Source: Chromera velia (Eukaryota). Taken from it: a stretch of DNA of 53,223 bases. The translations under genes were made by a program, and so were the position numbers. Under the pieces are notes generated by a model. The model was given only the letters and a program-made list of their open reading frames with translations. It was not told where the DNA came from and ran no database searches. Below are positions 1-10,675 of this stretch, one piece after another. The stretch is taken from positions 1 through 53,223 of the forward strand of contig JAHBMJ010000221.1 in NCBI GenBank assembly GCA_018398765.1, given 5' to 3'. Position 1 is the stretch's first letter. Each line of letters opens with the position of its first letter.

Positions 1-2583
1 CATCTGCTTCATCATCCACCGTTTCTTCATGTTCTCGTCAGGGCAGTTGTTAGGAGCATGGCCCATCGTTTTACACGATGGGCAGCCGTCCTTTTTCCGA
101 ATCCAAAGACAGGCCCCATGGCCTCCCCACTCTGCATATCTGTCCGGACAGTTGCATCTCAGGCACTGCCCATCGTGGTACCCGTGGGGAAGGCTCTTCC
201 TGCTGGTAGGATCCCAATACGCTTTGTCCCACAGAGACCCAAACTCTCCATCTCACTGACCGGGTTTGATTGGAGTTTCTCCAGGTCCCGCCATCGTCCC
301 GATGAACGCATCCGACCCGGATCTGTCCCGGTGTCGGACACCATATCGATCGAAAACGGGGTTCCTGTTGGGGCCCCTGGGGTTGACAACAGCCTGAGTG
401 GGAGGACGGTCCTTTCCTTCCACCCCCTTGTCATTGTATCTGCTGGAGGGAGCAGAGGAATTGGACCTAGGAGAGCGCCCCCGATTGGAGCTCCCCCCGC
501 CATCCCCTTTGCCAAAACCCCCTCCAGCACTGCCCTGCCTCCCACGATCAGAGTTGCCCCTGCCCTTCCCGCCAGAGTCAGGGGTCTTTCCTCCTGAGGG
601 TTTCCCTCCCTTTGCCTTGGAAGGGGACTTCCTCTACAGGACTCCTCCAGGCCCCGCGAACGCCACGAAAGGAACCTTCGGAATAATACCCCCCTGTGAG
701 GTACCCCCCGAGTCCCTCACATCGAAGGTTGCCGCCTTCTGTTCCCACTCTTTCTTCAAGTCCTCGATGAGAGCTCCCTTAACCAGGCCCCGGTCCCAGG
801 CATCACCGAGAGACTTGTTGAAGGTCTCCGCCTGGGCAGCGATGACGTAGATCTCCTTAATGATCTCCACTTCGCTAGTGAGGTCCACCGGGTTCTGCCT
901 CTCCTGCCACCTCATGATGAGGTCGTTCGGCAGGTATGCCGTCAGGAGCCCGAGCCTGTACTTCACGCCAAGCTCATGGACGATGTTCTCCTCAACCAGG
1001 TAGTTCAAGAGACGCTTGTGATGCGCCAGCAGCTCTGTGTAGGTACCAAACCGACAGGGCTTGCAGGCAATCCTCTCGTACTCCAGGACGAGAGCAGAGG
1101 TCGAGTACTGGATCGTCTTGAAAAAGTGCGCAAAGATCATCGCCACGACCTTATCTCGCATCTCCACAAAGGTCCTCGGGACCGATGTCAAGATCTCCTC
1201 CAGGGTGTAGGCGATGAGGGGATCCTCAGGGTCACACTTGGGCCTCCCCTGAGTTCCACTCGACTCCCTAACTCTCAGGAAAGAGAAGATGTCAGGAGCA
1301 CCCGGAGCCCCAACATCATCAGTATGCACCCCCCAACCTACAGACACTATCGCAGGTTCAGGGGGAGACACAACAGGATACACTCCCCCACCTATAAGGG
1401 GGGTCATCTGGAATACCGAAGGCAGGCGACCTTCAGCAGCACCCCCAGGGACACCCTTGGCCTGGGGAGGAGGAGAGAGCACGTCTATCTCCTTGCGGAG
1501 TTTGTCGGCTTGCTCGTTCAGAGCAAACCCATCAGACGCCAGCTGGTCAATATGACCTTGCAGAGTCGCTACCAGCGTATCCCTGTCAGCCTTCCCAGCG
1601 TCGAAGACCTCTTTATTCTCGGCTCAGGATGCCAGCTCTGATGCGTACGCCTCCTTCCCTTCAGACCCTTCAGGGAAATTGTCTCTCCTGGGTATGCCAC
1701 TCAGCACTTCATTCTCCTCCTTCTGGATCTCCAGAATTCGGAGCTTGTTAGCACCCCGTGCGGCGTCCAGACCCGATATCTGGGCCACGAGGTCCTCGTA
1801 CTGCTTCCTTTTCGTCTCCAGCAGGGTGGTGTCAGGTCGTACACCGACCACCTGCACCCCCCCACTAGAACTGCTGCTGCTACTGCTACGGCAGTCCTGC
1901 TTATCAGAGGCCGGACGCTGCTCACTGGACATGGGGACGGACATCTGACGGGAGGTATCTGATATCGCTCCTGTCTCCTCCTCCGTCTTCACTTTCATCT
2001 CTGTTGAAGCTCTTCCATAGAGCTCTCCACCTGAAGAAAACATAACAGGGCGAGACAGGGAGAGGGAGGAGGGTTCCTTCAGAGTCTGCAGGCAGAGGAT
2101 CTGTTCGTTCAGAGCCTTCAACTGGGGACCAAAGATTCTCTCCTTCTCTTGGCGTGAGAGAAGCTCCCTGATTTCCATGATCCTCGCCTTGCCCATTCTC
2201 AGAACATCGGTCCGCTGCAGCTATCTCTTTATCCACTTCGCATCGGGTGGAGAGACGGAGTCCATAACGTGCCTGTGAAAAATCTGGAGCTGCTCAGAGA
2301 CTTCCGAGCTGAGGTGGGGCACCCGTTCCACCACTTTCTCCAGCACTTCCACCTCAGTCCTTGCGATGTAGTGCTTAACGTTGACCCCCACCTTGTTCCT
2401 GTTGGTGAGGGTGAGCCCGCTGCACCACTCGTCTGAGTCCTCGAAAATGGTCACAGCATCTGCATATTGCCGTACCCACTCGATGATGTCCGCATTGTTC
2501 GTGAGGCCGAAGACGCCCACGGTCTTTGCCTCCATACCCTTGATCGCGACGCACCCATGGGGAGTGTCCTTCTTGGGACCCAT
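1..2583 (-). pseudogene. gag: Gag-like polyprotein of a retrotransposon, disabled by four in-frame stops; runs off the window edge
   Basis: ORF-track pieces 2221..2583, 1624..2196 and 634..1482 share one minus frame. Manual translation shows this frame open from ATG 2583 to base 1 except for stops at 2221-2223 (TAG), 1624-1626 (TGA), 634-636 (TAG) and 253-255 (TGA). Near the edge it encodes CPSCKTMGHAPNNC (43-84), a canonical CX2CX4HX4C zinc knuckle, preceded by a Gly/Arg/Ser-rich linker. Confidence 0.82.
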
Positions 2584-2653
2584 GGTAAATCACCTGCAGT
2601 AGGGAATCGGGAATACAACAAGGGGACTGTTGTCGAAATAACAACGGGAGACT

Positions 2654-2671
2654 CCCTCAGTGACGGTGCCA
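2654..2671 (-). promoter_or_regulatory. Candidate tRNA primer-binding site
   Basis: Minus strand reads TTTTTAT-TGGCACCGTCACTGAGGG about 70 nt upstream of the gag ATG. The TGG start is complementary to tRNA CCA. The cognate tRNA was not identified. Confidence 0.3.
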
Positions 2672-3913
2672 ATAAAAAGTAGAGTCTCACCTCTCTTAAG
2701 ATTCCTCCAGTGGAATCCTATGGGCCCTCCCGTGTCGATCCTCTAGCCTATCCAGAGGACTCCTCAAACTGTTATACTCCCGAATTCCTGGCCCTCTCCT
2801 AGTAGAGGATCACAGCGAATACGTTTCCGTGACGTACTCGTCTAGACTGATACAGATAATCTGAAATAAATATCTGATCAGTCTCTTCACCAAACAAAAA
2901 ATCTATGAACTCCCACAGTCTACAGTACGCTCCTGCTGGTGGCCTCGTGCATTATTTAGAGCACAAGAGAACCACAGAGAGACACAAGGCACAGTACAGA
3001 TCCTACACATGAAGTTCTGTCAATCCCTAGGTCACGTCTCTCATTTAGACGGACGGTAACCGCTATGCATGTCTGTCTGACTGTCTGGAAATTAATTCGG
3101 GACCGGAATTAATTCTGAAGCCTCCGATGGCATAACCGCACCATTGGCCTATTTAAATCCCATATGAAGCCCCGGAGCACACACCACCACGGTGAGTGCC
3201 TCGGGTGTATTTCTAATGCCAAAGTGCATGCAGGCCATACCATGGAACTCACAACATGCATACCTCTGTCGCAGGCGCCCCGCTACCCCATGTGGACGGG
3301 CCGCTGCGTGCGCGTTGCTCCTTTCTCTGGCTCGGGGCGAAGGGACGAATGGAAATGCCGGAACCAGAATTCACCCTCCGCGAATCCGACTAGGAACGGG
3401 ACCGTCGTTTACTTTCACAAGAGATGACCAGAGACTGTATTCTTGCATGAGGGAGAAATTCCATGCATATATATGAAATTCCCGGCCCCGCGCGGAATTT
3501 GCGGTGGAAAGCGAAGGAGCCGCGAAATCTGTCATTGCATGGGCTGCCAATGCATGAGCGCACTGAAAAACCCCAAACTAGCTTCCGCGCGCAAGGCGCG
3601 CGAGCTGACTTTCATATGCATGAATACACGTACTGCATGCATGTTTTGTTCTTCTGCATGTGCATCATTTCCCTTATCTTGTCAGTGACAGTCAGTGCAT
3701 GACAGTCAGTCCTTCCTTTCTTTTCACGCATGCAATGACGTGCTTCTCCCCACAAGTGAACGTACAGCGGTTTTTTGCCTTACATGGTGGCGTAATTACA
3801 AGGTTTTGGGGAGCGAAGATGGGTGGAGAAAGAATCCATGCGCTGCTATCAGTCTGAATTAATTATTGAGTCTTCCACTCTGCCTTCCAGTTTGTTAGCT
3901 CGGTGCCCCCGTC

Positions 3914-5473
3914 ATGATGCTCAAGTGGCGATGGCGACGTTCCATTTCTCTTGCTCTCCACTACCTGATTGCTCTCGCCTCTTTGGGTAGGGCAGAAGAA
4001 GTTGATCTGCAACACGGGGGTGCACGTTTCAGCAAAGACAGTGACAGCAATGTAGACACACTGATTTTTCCAGATGCAGAAGATCGTCCCGTGGTCTGTG
4101 CCCGTTTGAGCCCGTCAGCTCACAACCTCGAGACAGACCTCCACCACGACGAGGGTGGGTTTCGAGGGAGTTTGATTTTGAAGTGCGGAGTTCATGAGGA
4201 CTACAGGGATGCTGCAGATCTGGTCTTTGCAGATACAGCAGAGACCCCCGTCAACACCGTGTGGGGGGATGCGCGTGTGTATCTCTCCCTCCAAGACTGG
4301 GACCCAGACACCAGCCTGTTGAGACTGAACTACTACACAGAGCTGACAGCACCCGCCAAGGGTCTAGACGCAGCGGACCCTTCCACAATCTCCTGGAGCC
4401 CCGAGGCCGTAAATGTCGGCCTCCAGGCAAACATCACGGGGATAGATGAAGAGGAGGGGGGGGTGTCTGTGAAGGAAACAATCGTGGACGTCAGATTGAC
4501 TTTGAGAGCGATTCACCCCACTCGGAGGTGCACTTTGGTGGAGGATTCAGACGTTCCTCTTCCGAAAGTGGAGGGGGTGAGGGAGTACACTCAGAAGGTT
4601 TTTTTTCGGTTTAGCCACCTGTGCAGAGGTCTGGAGGCCAGTGACGCCTGGTCCCTCAGCAATTGGCGTTGCTATTCTCGTCACTCGAGTGAGATGAGAC
4701 TAGAAAAACTGGCATTTGGTCTCAGCACCTTGTCTGCCTCTGCATTCTCTGTAGCGGGTGATAGCGCTCTGCTGAGTCCTGCAGAGACAGAACAGAGCGA
4801 GAGGGGGGGGGAGCCTCCAAGCGAGTTGGAGGGGGGAACAGTAGCGGCCCGGTTCCTCTCTCGTGACGTTATTCAGAATAGTAACAGTAGAACGTCCAGA
4901 GCCGAAGGAACCACAGCGCAAACATCGTCGTCGGCATTCCCCCGCCGTCATGCGATGAAGTGGTCCGGCAATCTGTACTTCGGTGCATCGAACAAAGCAG
5001 ACCGAGACCTCTCGTCCCTCGTTGTGACGGTGGATGAGACTGTATCGGTAGTCATGCCATTCGCCCTCCCTCACTCAGAAGACTTCAGAAGAACCGAGAA
5101 GGAGGCGGGAGTAACTCGGGGGTTGTTCGTTGCACAGAGCGTGTTGACAGATGCATCGGGATTGAGGGGGGAACGTTTGTTGACTTTCAAATCAGCCGCC
5201 GAGGGGACTTCAGACAGTTCTTCTTCTGCTGAGGGGGGGGGTGTCGCAGGAAGTCCCTTCAAGGACGATTCAGACGCCGTCCCTGTTCTCTCCCCCGCCA
5301 TGCAGCTGGCAATTCTGGGCGGCTTTGGGGCTCTGATTGCCCTCTTCGCTCTGTGCTGCTGCTGCTATCTGTGCCACACGTCCTCTCGTCGAGCGGCACG
5401 CGTCTCTCCCCCCCCTCCTTCATCTCAATTCCTATCGGGGGATAGAGGTGCAGACAGAAGACCGCTCACTTGA
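3914..5473 (+). CDS. Hypothetical single-pass type I membrane protein (519 aa), intronless
   Basis: Long uninterrupted GC-rich ORF. N-terminal basic-hydrophobic signal peptide (ISLALHYLIALASLGRA). C-terminal TM helix LAILGGFGALIALFAL followed by CCCCYLC and a short basic/Pro tail. No family recognised. Confidence 0.75.
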   Translation: MMLKWRWRRSISLALHYLIALASLGRAEEVDLQHGGARFSKDSDSNVDTLIFPDAEDRPVVCARLSPSAHNLETDLHHDEGGFRGSLILKCGVHEDYRDAADLVFADTAETPVNTVWGDARVYLSLQDWDPDTSLLRLNYYTELTAPAKGLDAADPSTISWSPEAVNVGLQANITGIDEEEGGVSVKETIVDVRLTLRAIHPTRRCTLVEDSDVPLPKVEGVREYTQKVFFRFSHLCRGLEASDAWSLSNWRCYSRHSSEMRLEKLAFGLSTLSASAFSVAGDSALLSPAETEQSERGGEPPSELEGGTVAARFLSRDVIQNSNSRTSRAEGTTAQTSSSAFPRRHAMKWSGNLYFGASNKADRDLSSLVVTVDETVSVVMPFALPHSEDFRRTEKEAGVTRGLFVAQSVLTDASGLRGERLLTFKSAAEGTSDSSSSAEGGGVAGSPFKDDSDAVPVLSPAMQLAILGGFGALIALFALCCCCYLCHTSSRRAARVSPPPPSSQFLSGDRGADRRPLT

Positions 5474-5626
5474 AGAAACAAGGTCAGCGGCAAGCAGGTC
5501 TGTCTTCGAAAATAGAGTGCAATATGCAGGAGCGTGGGTGCTTTCTATCGGTCATGCGTGAATGTCTCGCAGATACATTCTTGATTCTATCGATTTTCTG
5601 GCTATTCTGCCTTTCGTTTGCTTGGA

Positions 5627-5758
5627 CCTTTCTGCTGGACTTGCACCTTCTTTGTGTTTTTTTCTGGTCTGGTCCTTTCCTTCTTCCTTTCTGCTGGACT
5701 TGCACCTTCTTTGTGTTTTTTTCTGGTCTGGTCCTTTCCTTCTTCCTTTCTGCTGGAC
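5627..5758. repeat. Perfect 59-bp tandem duplication (about 2.2 copies)
   Basis: Unit CCTTTCTGCTGGACTTGCACCTTCTTTGTG...CCTTCTT starts at 5627, 5686 and (partial) 5745. Confidence 0.9.
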
Positions 5759-7227
5759 CCTGCATGCTTCTCCAACGGCTGACTTTCGTATCTTTGTGGT
5801 GCACGCCTTTGAACGCGTGTGCTTTTCTTTCTGTCTCTTCGCGGGCTCGTCGGGGCTCCTCTCCCTTCCTTCCTTCCTTCCTTCCTTCCTTGCTCATTTT
5901 CTACTGCAGGGCCATGATCTTCTGTGTTCCCATCCAATTTTTATGCGGCGGTGGAGTGGTACGGTCAGAGGGATGAGGCGGCACATCCCAAGTGCAACTT
6001 CTCAATTTAATTCGGGAGGGCCGGGGCATCTGACCGCGTGGCTGCCCTGCCTGCCGTGCATGGGTCTGTGGGAGGGAGTCACGTTGGATGGGTGGCATGA
6101 GCGCGGGCAGAAAGGATCGAAGGAAGTGCATCGTAGGGAAAGAGCGAAGGGGCGATCTGCCTCTGACTCAATTAACTCCCTACCCTGCATGCGGGGTTGG
6201 TTGCACTCTCAGGTTCGCACTCAAACGATTTTGATCAAAGGGACTGGGGAGGAGGGCGTAAAAGAAAAGTCTGTCGGGGCCGGGGGCACTTATGCATTAA
6301 TTCCTGGATGAATTCACGCATGCATAAATAAATGGACGGAGAGAGCGTCTCGATCATTTGAGACATCGGACCTTTTTTTGTGCCGTGAGTGCATGAGCCC
6401 AGTGGATCTGCCGGTCCGTCTGTCTGTGATTCTGTCTCTGTGTCTGTCTCTAACGTCAAATTATATTTGCGTGGGGAAAGAGTCTTGGATCACAGGAAGC
6501 GTGAAAGAGGTCATCGTTAAGTTCATGAAGACGGGACAGACACGCGGACAGACAAGTCGAGTGGATTTAGGGGGAAGGAGTTGGAGTCTCAATCAAGGAA
6601 GCGCCACTTTAAATTAAGAGAGAAGGGCTATATGCAAATCATTCTTTTGCTTCGACCTCCATCTTTGACTTTTTCAGAGCCATTCCGTCAGCTTGAAGTC
6701 CTTGCGGTCGATGAGGAATCGACTTGGGGGGCAGGGGGAAAATGAAATTAAATTCTGACATGCACCCGCCTGAAGAAACAGAGCGGAATTTGATACGAGT
6801 GGGGGTAAGAAGGGAGCAACTTGCTCCAGCTCACCGTGACACCTTGAACCAACCAATCGTTTAATTCAATATTTCAATCACTCCATGACACGACATCCTT
6901 GTCGCAGACTCAGAGTGCAGGACAGGCAGTGCGTGAACAAAACACGCGGGCCTTTCTCAGCTTGAATCTCAAGTTGTTCCTAAAAAACGCACTTTGTCAA
7001 ACTGTCATTTTGATGCACTCCTTTGTTCCTGTCGTTGAGACTGTCGAGTAATCTAGGATACAAATTATCTAGCAAATTATATGATGCAATAAATTTCATT
7101 TGTCACATTTAATTTAGAATAAGCATATTTTTTAGCATATTTTGAATGAATTAATACAAACAATCATACAATTAAACCGAGGGATCTTTTTAAAAAGCTA
7201 ATTGATTTCAATTTAATAATATATCAT

Positions 7228-8599
7228 TAGGGATAGCTATTGTATCGATATTGTATCGTATCGTATCGGTATCGGTATCGAAATATCGACTATCGGTTCT
7301 TTCTCGAGCGGCCGAGTATCGGTTAGTATCGGCCTGCTTAGAGCTTGTGAAGGACTAGCTGGGCTAATATGTGGTAAGGCGCGCGCCGGGCCGGGCCTCG
7401 GAGCCCGAAGACCGTGGGCGCGGCCGGGCCTAGTAATACGTATACCATCCCTAACCGGCTCCATGCATGGATGAATGCTATATACTTGCACTGAATATAT
7501 TCAGCCTCAGAACAGCCCGGCTTAGCTTCAAGACAAGACTGCATGTACACTGTATCCGATCTAACAGAGCTTCATCATTTCTGTTTCTTGAACAAAACCG
7601 CTTCTAGACAATCAAAGCATCATAATAGCCAGAAAGGGAAAAAACAAGCTAAGGTGTGGGCATATTATTAACGTTAGGTGGATAGAAATTTCGTCTCCTC
7701 AGCATGCAGAGTTGCTTAACCGGTTGTTGCCCTGTCGGAGTTGGTTCACTGGCCAACATCTAAACAGCCTAAGGACAGTAGTCTAAAAATCGTCTCTCAA
7801 CCACCACGTCGCTCAAGAGAGTCCAACCTGAGCTGCTTGCTGTGTAGCCTATGTTTTCTTTCTTTTTTGTGCTACAAATCTACACGTTTCCTTCATGAGT
7901 GCAGAATAGCATGTGGATGTCTGCGTTTTACTGTAAATTTTGTATATATGCATTTACTTACATTTGGGTGATTTTGGCGCACACATCAGAATAGAATCGA
8001 GTCTAACAGTTTACGTCTGGCATGAGATTTCCAGGAATGATGTGTTGATGAAGTTATTCTCAACCTTATAATGTGTTGCATGACTCTCTTTAAGGGGGGC
8101 ATTGACTTAAAGTTTGTTCCTAGCATCTGGCCTATACATCTTTCATCTCTTCCTTCTGTCCTGGTTACTGCTCTCGCTACTAGCTCTCTCTCTCATGCGA
8201 CCTCATACTTGACGCTCCTCCATCTGAATGCCTTCTTCGGCATTTGCTATTTACTTCCTACCCCTCAGTCATAACCAGTGCACTGCCTACTCCTCCTTCC
8301 TCCCAGCCCTCTCCTTGCTCTCTTTAAGGGAGGGGTTAGGGGGGCGAAGCCGCCCTTATAGTTTGGCCTTTTAAACGTTTTGGAGCCCATTTTCTAAGTA
8401 AAGTTGACTCTTTAAAAACATGAGATTTTTATAAAAAGTTTACAGTTTTACGAATGATACCGTTTGCACTAGGTTTTAGCCTTGTACGCAAAAAAAAATA
8501 TGTCAGTATCGAAATTATCGACGATACCCCCTTTTTTTGGAACCTTAAATTCCGATACGATACCGATTCGATACCGATACGATACGATAGCTATCCCTG
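7228..8599. mobile_element. Non-autonomous hAT-type DNA transposon (1372 bp)
   Basis: TIRs: TAGGGATAGCTAT at 7228, and the right end ending 8599 reads CAGGGATAGCTAT on the reverse strand. Subterminal arrays of TATCG/TATCGG at both ends in opposite orientation. 8-bp TSD TATATCAT (7220-7227) vs TATATTAT (8600-8607). No transposase ORF. Confidence 0.85.
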
Positions 8600-9499
8600 T
8601 ATATTATCTAGTATCATCATCATTGATCCTGTACCTAGTCCTACACAACGATTATTATCATTGACTCTTTAGTCTGTATAAACATCATTATGTTATTATA
8701 TACTAGCCATTATATGATCACCAACAGGCACTGTCCGCATCGCCCTGTATCTAACTTTGTATATATGAGATAATATATGAAATAAAAGCTCGATGTCTAC
8801 GTCGCCTAGTAGTGTCTAGCGTTTTTAATCTAGCTATACTGTTTTTTGTTGCCTTAAATATTAGATAAAATGCGTTTTGTACAGTTATAGAGTCCAATGA
8901 CAACTAGACGGAACAAAAGGATGAAAGCTAGGAACTTGAACGAAATATCATTCTGATTGATCGAACTTAACAGGGCCTTAAATAGGCGAAACGAATTGGC
9001 ATGCGATCTTTACTGTTGACAGTGTCTTGCGTATTGAACATGCAGGCACTGCCTCAGTCTGCCTGACAGTCTGGGACAGGCAATATGAGAGCAAGACTTT
9101 GTTGGATCCTCTCAAAAAGAACAAAAGACCGCGCGCTTTCCGCAGGCACTATAGGCGTGCCAGACGATAATACAGAACGCACGAAGGCAAAACCTGCGAG
9201 CATGGACAAACCGTGTCATGCAGATCTGCTGGTACAAAACAAAACACGACAAGGCACGAACGGCCGGATCGAAGGAAGAATCTTCAAAAAATAGCAGAAC
9301 GGAGGACCCCGGCCTCTTTCCTTCCTCCCAGTCAGCCTGCCTGCCGTTAAGAGGTGCAATTTGAACAGATCAACACACGATTGAAAGACTTATTGCAAAG
9401 TGGATCGATGGATTAAAAAAACCGAAATTTTAGAACATCCATCAACGAGCCAGCCGGAGGGGTACTTTGCAAGTCTGCACGTGACAGTATCAACTAACC

Positions 9500-10625
9500 A
9501 GCAAAATGAACGTGCCGTCAAAACCTTGCATGCCTTCATGGACGCATACAAAAATACCCCCAGCGCATGGAAGCCTCCCTTCCTTCCTTTTTCTCTCCCG
9601 TGAGATCCTATTGGTCTGCATGTCGGTGGGTGGAAACGGAATTCAACTGGGAACGTGTCAGAGGTGCATGTGCCACGTCAATCACCAGGCCATCTGCCTA
9701 CTCGTCTTCAAATCCACTCCCTGTACGTGCTCGTCCTCTGAGAGCACGGAATCACCCCCCTCCCTTCATTCCCATCAAATGCCTGCCTGCCTGTGCATGA
9801 GCATCCATCAGACTGCCTTGGCCTTTTGACAAGAGGATTGAAGGAAGGAAGGAAGGAAATGAGGAGAAGAGGTGAAAACAACAACGTGCGTGTGAGTGTG
9901 TTTGTACTCCTCCACTTCTCTCCGACTCCCTGCCCCCCTCCTTCCTCTGCCCCCTCCCATGTTCATGCACTCAGTCAGACAGACAAAAGAGAAAGACGAA
10001 GTGTCTGTCCAAAATACAATTGTCTTTTTTTTTCAATCAATCATCAACGGACTCAAAACCGGTGAGAGAGTGAGTGAGTCACTAAAGACCTCACCAACCA
10101 AGCTTTTCCTCGTAACCTTCTACCTCCATAGTTCCACCACCCACCCACCCACCCAATCATCATCGGATGCCTACCTGATTTCAGAAAGCCACTCACACAC
10201 AGACAAACAGACAGTTGAGCAAACTGGACGCAACCAACAGGGGTGCACACCTCCCTGCGCCATCTCTTTGATTTTCCTTTCTTTTCCGCTTTCAGCCTAA
10301 GTCAACAAAACGAAAGAATTTGATGCCGACCGAACCATGGCTTGAATTACATTGAATTCCCCCCATGCACTTGAATTCTTTCGTGTCTCGTCTTGCCTGC
10401 CTTTTGAATTCATTCCAATTGAATTGACGCACGCCTTCCTGACTGGACTGCCTGGAGATGCATCGCTGTCTAATCAAGCGACGTGAGGTGAGCGGGCTGA
10501 GGTGTTCCTCTTTTTCCTCGAACGACCTTCTGACCGACCGGACGGTCGAGAAAGAGCGGGAGGGAGGGAGGGAGGATGCACGCTGTCTGTCGGCACTCTG
10601 ATGACTGACTCACCGATTGTCTGTG

Positions 10626-10675
<50 letters not shown>

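Larger units (their letters stand above)
1..3043 (-). mobile_element. 5' part of a probable LTR retrotransposon (candidate LTR ~2680-3043, leader, gag)
   Basis: Gag with CCHC knuckle and non-coding upstream region. The minus strand begins TGAGAG at 3043 as a candidate LTR start. The second LTR and pol lie outside the window, so boundaries and class (LTR vs DIRS) are unverified. Confidence 0.5.

Noticed and set aside
58..1641. Plus-strand ORFs 58..597, 398..850 and 976..1641
   Set aside because: Antisense shadows of the GC-rich gag frame; no recognisable motifs.
253..2223. Stop-codon reassignment or programmed readthrough explaining the in-frame stops in gag and Nup98
   Set aside because: Intact genes in the window have no internal stops and terminate with TGA (5473, 22594) and TAG (42214). 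The stops are confined to decayed islands.
3051..3060. GGACGGTAAC matching the reverse complement at 51272-51281 as ends of one giant element
   Set aside because: Only 10 bp. The 51285 end pairs better with 48611, and the interval contains ordinary host genes.
5470..6311. Hydrophobic ORFs 5470..5976 and 5562..6311 as membrane proteins
   Set aside because: Products of the pyrimidine-rich 59-bp duplication and (CCTT)n tract downstream of the real gene.
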